Origin: Terriglobia bacterium
GTDB lineage: Bacteria; Acidobacteriota; Terriglobia; Acidiferrales; UBA7541
DNA: 64,000 nucleotides
Assembly: GCA_041485165.1 (NCBI GenBank)
Contig: JBGPJC010000003.1
Coordinates: forward strand, 17-64,016
Reading direction: 5' to 3'
The position numbers and the translations under genes are program-made. Of this stretch, positions 63,769-64,000 are shown piece by piece; position 1 is the first letter of the stretch, and the number at the start of each line of letters is the position of its first letter. Under the pieces are notes generated by a model. It was not told the origin of the DNA. It saw only the letters and a program-made list of their open reading frames with translations, and did no database searches.

Positions 63769-64000
63769 TCAGGCCTGGCTCGCTGCGGGCTTCCAGAATT
63801 CGCTCTGCTGCGCGGAGCGGAGTTCTTCCCGGGCCCATTCGCGGCCATTGCCGGAAAGACGATAGAGATGACGCGGGGGACGGCCGGAAGGCATGCCGTC
63901 TTCCCAACGAGTTTCGAGCCATCCGAGCTTGTCGAGGCGCATAAGGATCGGGTAAAGCGTTCCGGAGGGAATACTGGTTTGGCGAGAGATGGCATAGCCG
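63769..64000 (-). CDS. PadR-family transcriptional regulator (C-terminal part; start lies beyond the window end)
   Basis: My minus-strand translation from the window edge is GYAISRQTSIPSGTLYPILMRLDKLGWLETRWEDG...RPPRHLYRLSGNGREWAREEL. This is the PadR winged-helix signature (G.lYp.L.rLe..G.l...we). It is absent from the ORF track because it has no in-window start. Confidence 0.8.
   Translation of the reverse strand, partial: GYAISRQTSIPSGTLYPILMRLDKLGWLETRWEDGMPSGRPPRHLYRLSGNGREWAREELRSAQQSEFWKPAASQA

Noticed and set aside
63654-63995. 113-aa minus-strand ORF, plus the 63767-63922 extension of the 608-aa ORF
   Set aside because: Both are out of frame with the clear PadR winged-helix reading frame, which is open to the window edge and occupies the same DNA.

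Overview
This is a high-GC chromosomal segment. The gene content looks Acidobacteriota-like: a ~1,190-aa CarboxypepD_reg-type TonB-dependent receptor, a CadC-like wHTH-TPR regulator, a PadR regulator, and an egtB/egtD pair. That taxonomic call is inference only.

The window is mostly housekeeping and envelope genes, with three accessory stretches.

(1) ~23.4-30.5 kb is a visibly more A/T-rich island. It carries one tightly coupled six-gene plus-strand operon: an RHH regulator, a beta-class SPPY DNA methyltransferase, a short BglII-like endonuclease homologue, a ParB/Srx-like protein, an SNF2 helicase and a DUF3883 (PD-(D/E)xK) nuclease-like protein. Its right edge abuts a vapBC-like pair whose PIN toxin survives only as ~24 codons. 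I consider this the best candidate for an undescribed defence system. It looks like a type II R-M module operonically welded to a ParB-like/SNF2/DUF3883 trio that does not match any named system architecture I know.

(2) 30.5-44.9 kb is a large envelope-glycan or glycolipid locus. It contains a TylCIII-like sugar C-methyltransferase, three GT2 enzymes, a GT-C enzyme, a UPF0104 flippase-like protein, FAD and GMC oxidoreductases and a PepSY_TM protein. Many start/stop codons overlap.

(3) 53.8-61.5 kb is a mosaic-GC run of small unrelated genes separated by a family of related intergenic repeats. It is cassette-array-like and also holds an IS-transposase C-terminal remnant abutting a very GC-rich aldo/keto reductase.

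No rRNA, tRNA or CRISPR array could be supported. All homology calls come from motif recognition by eye in the supplied translations. No database search was run.
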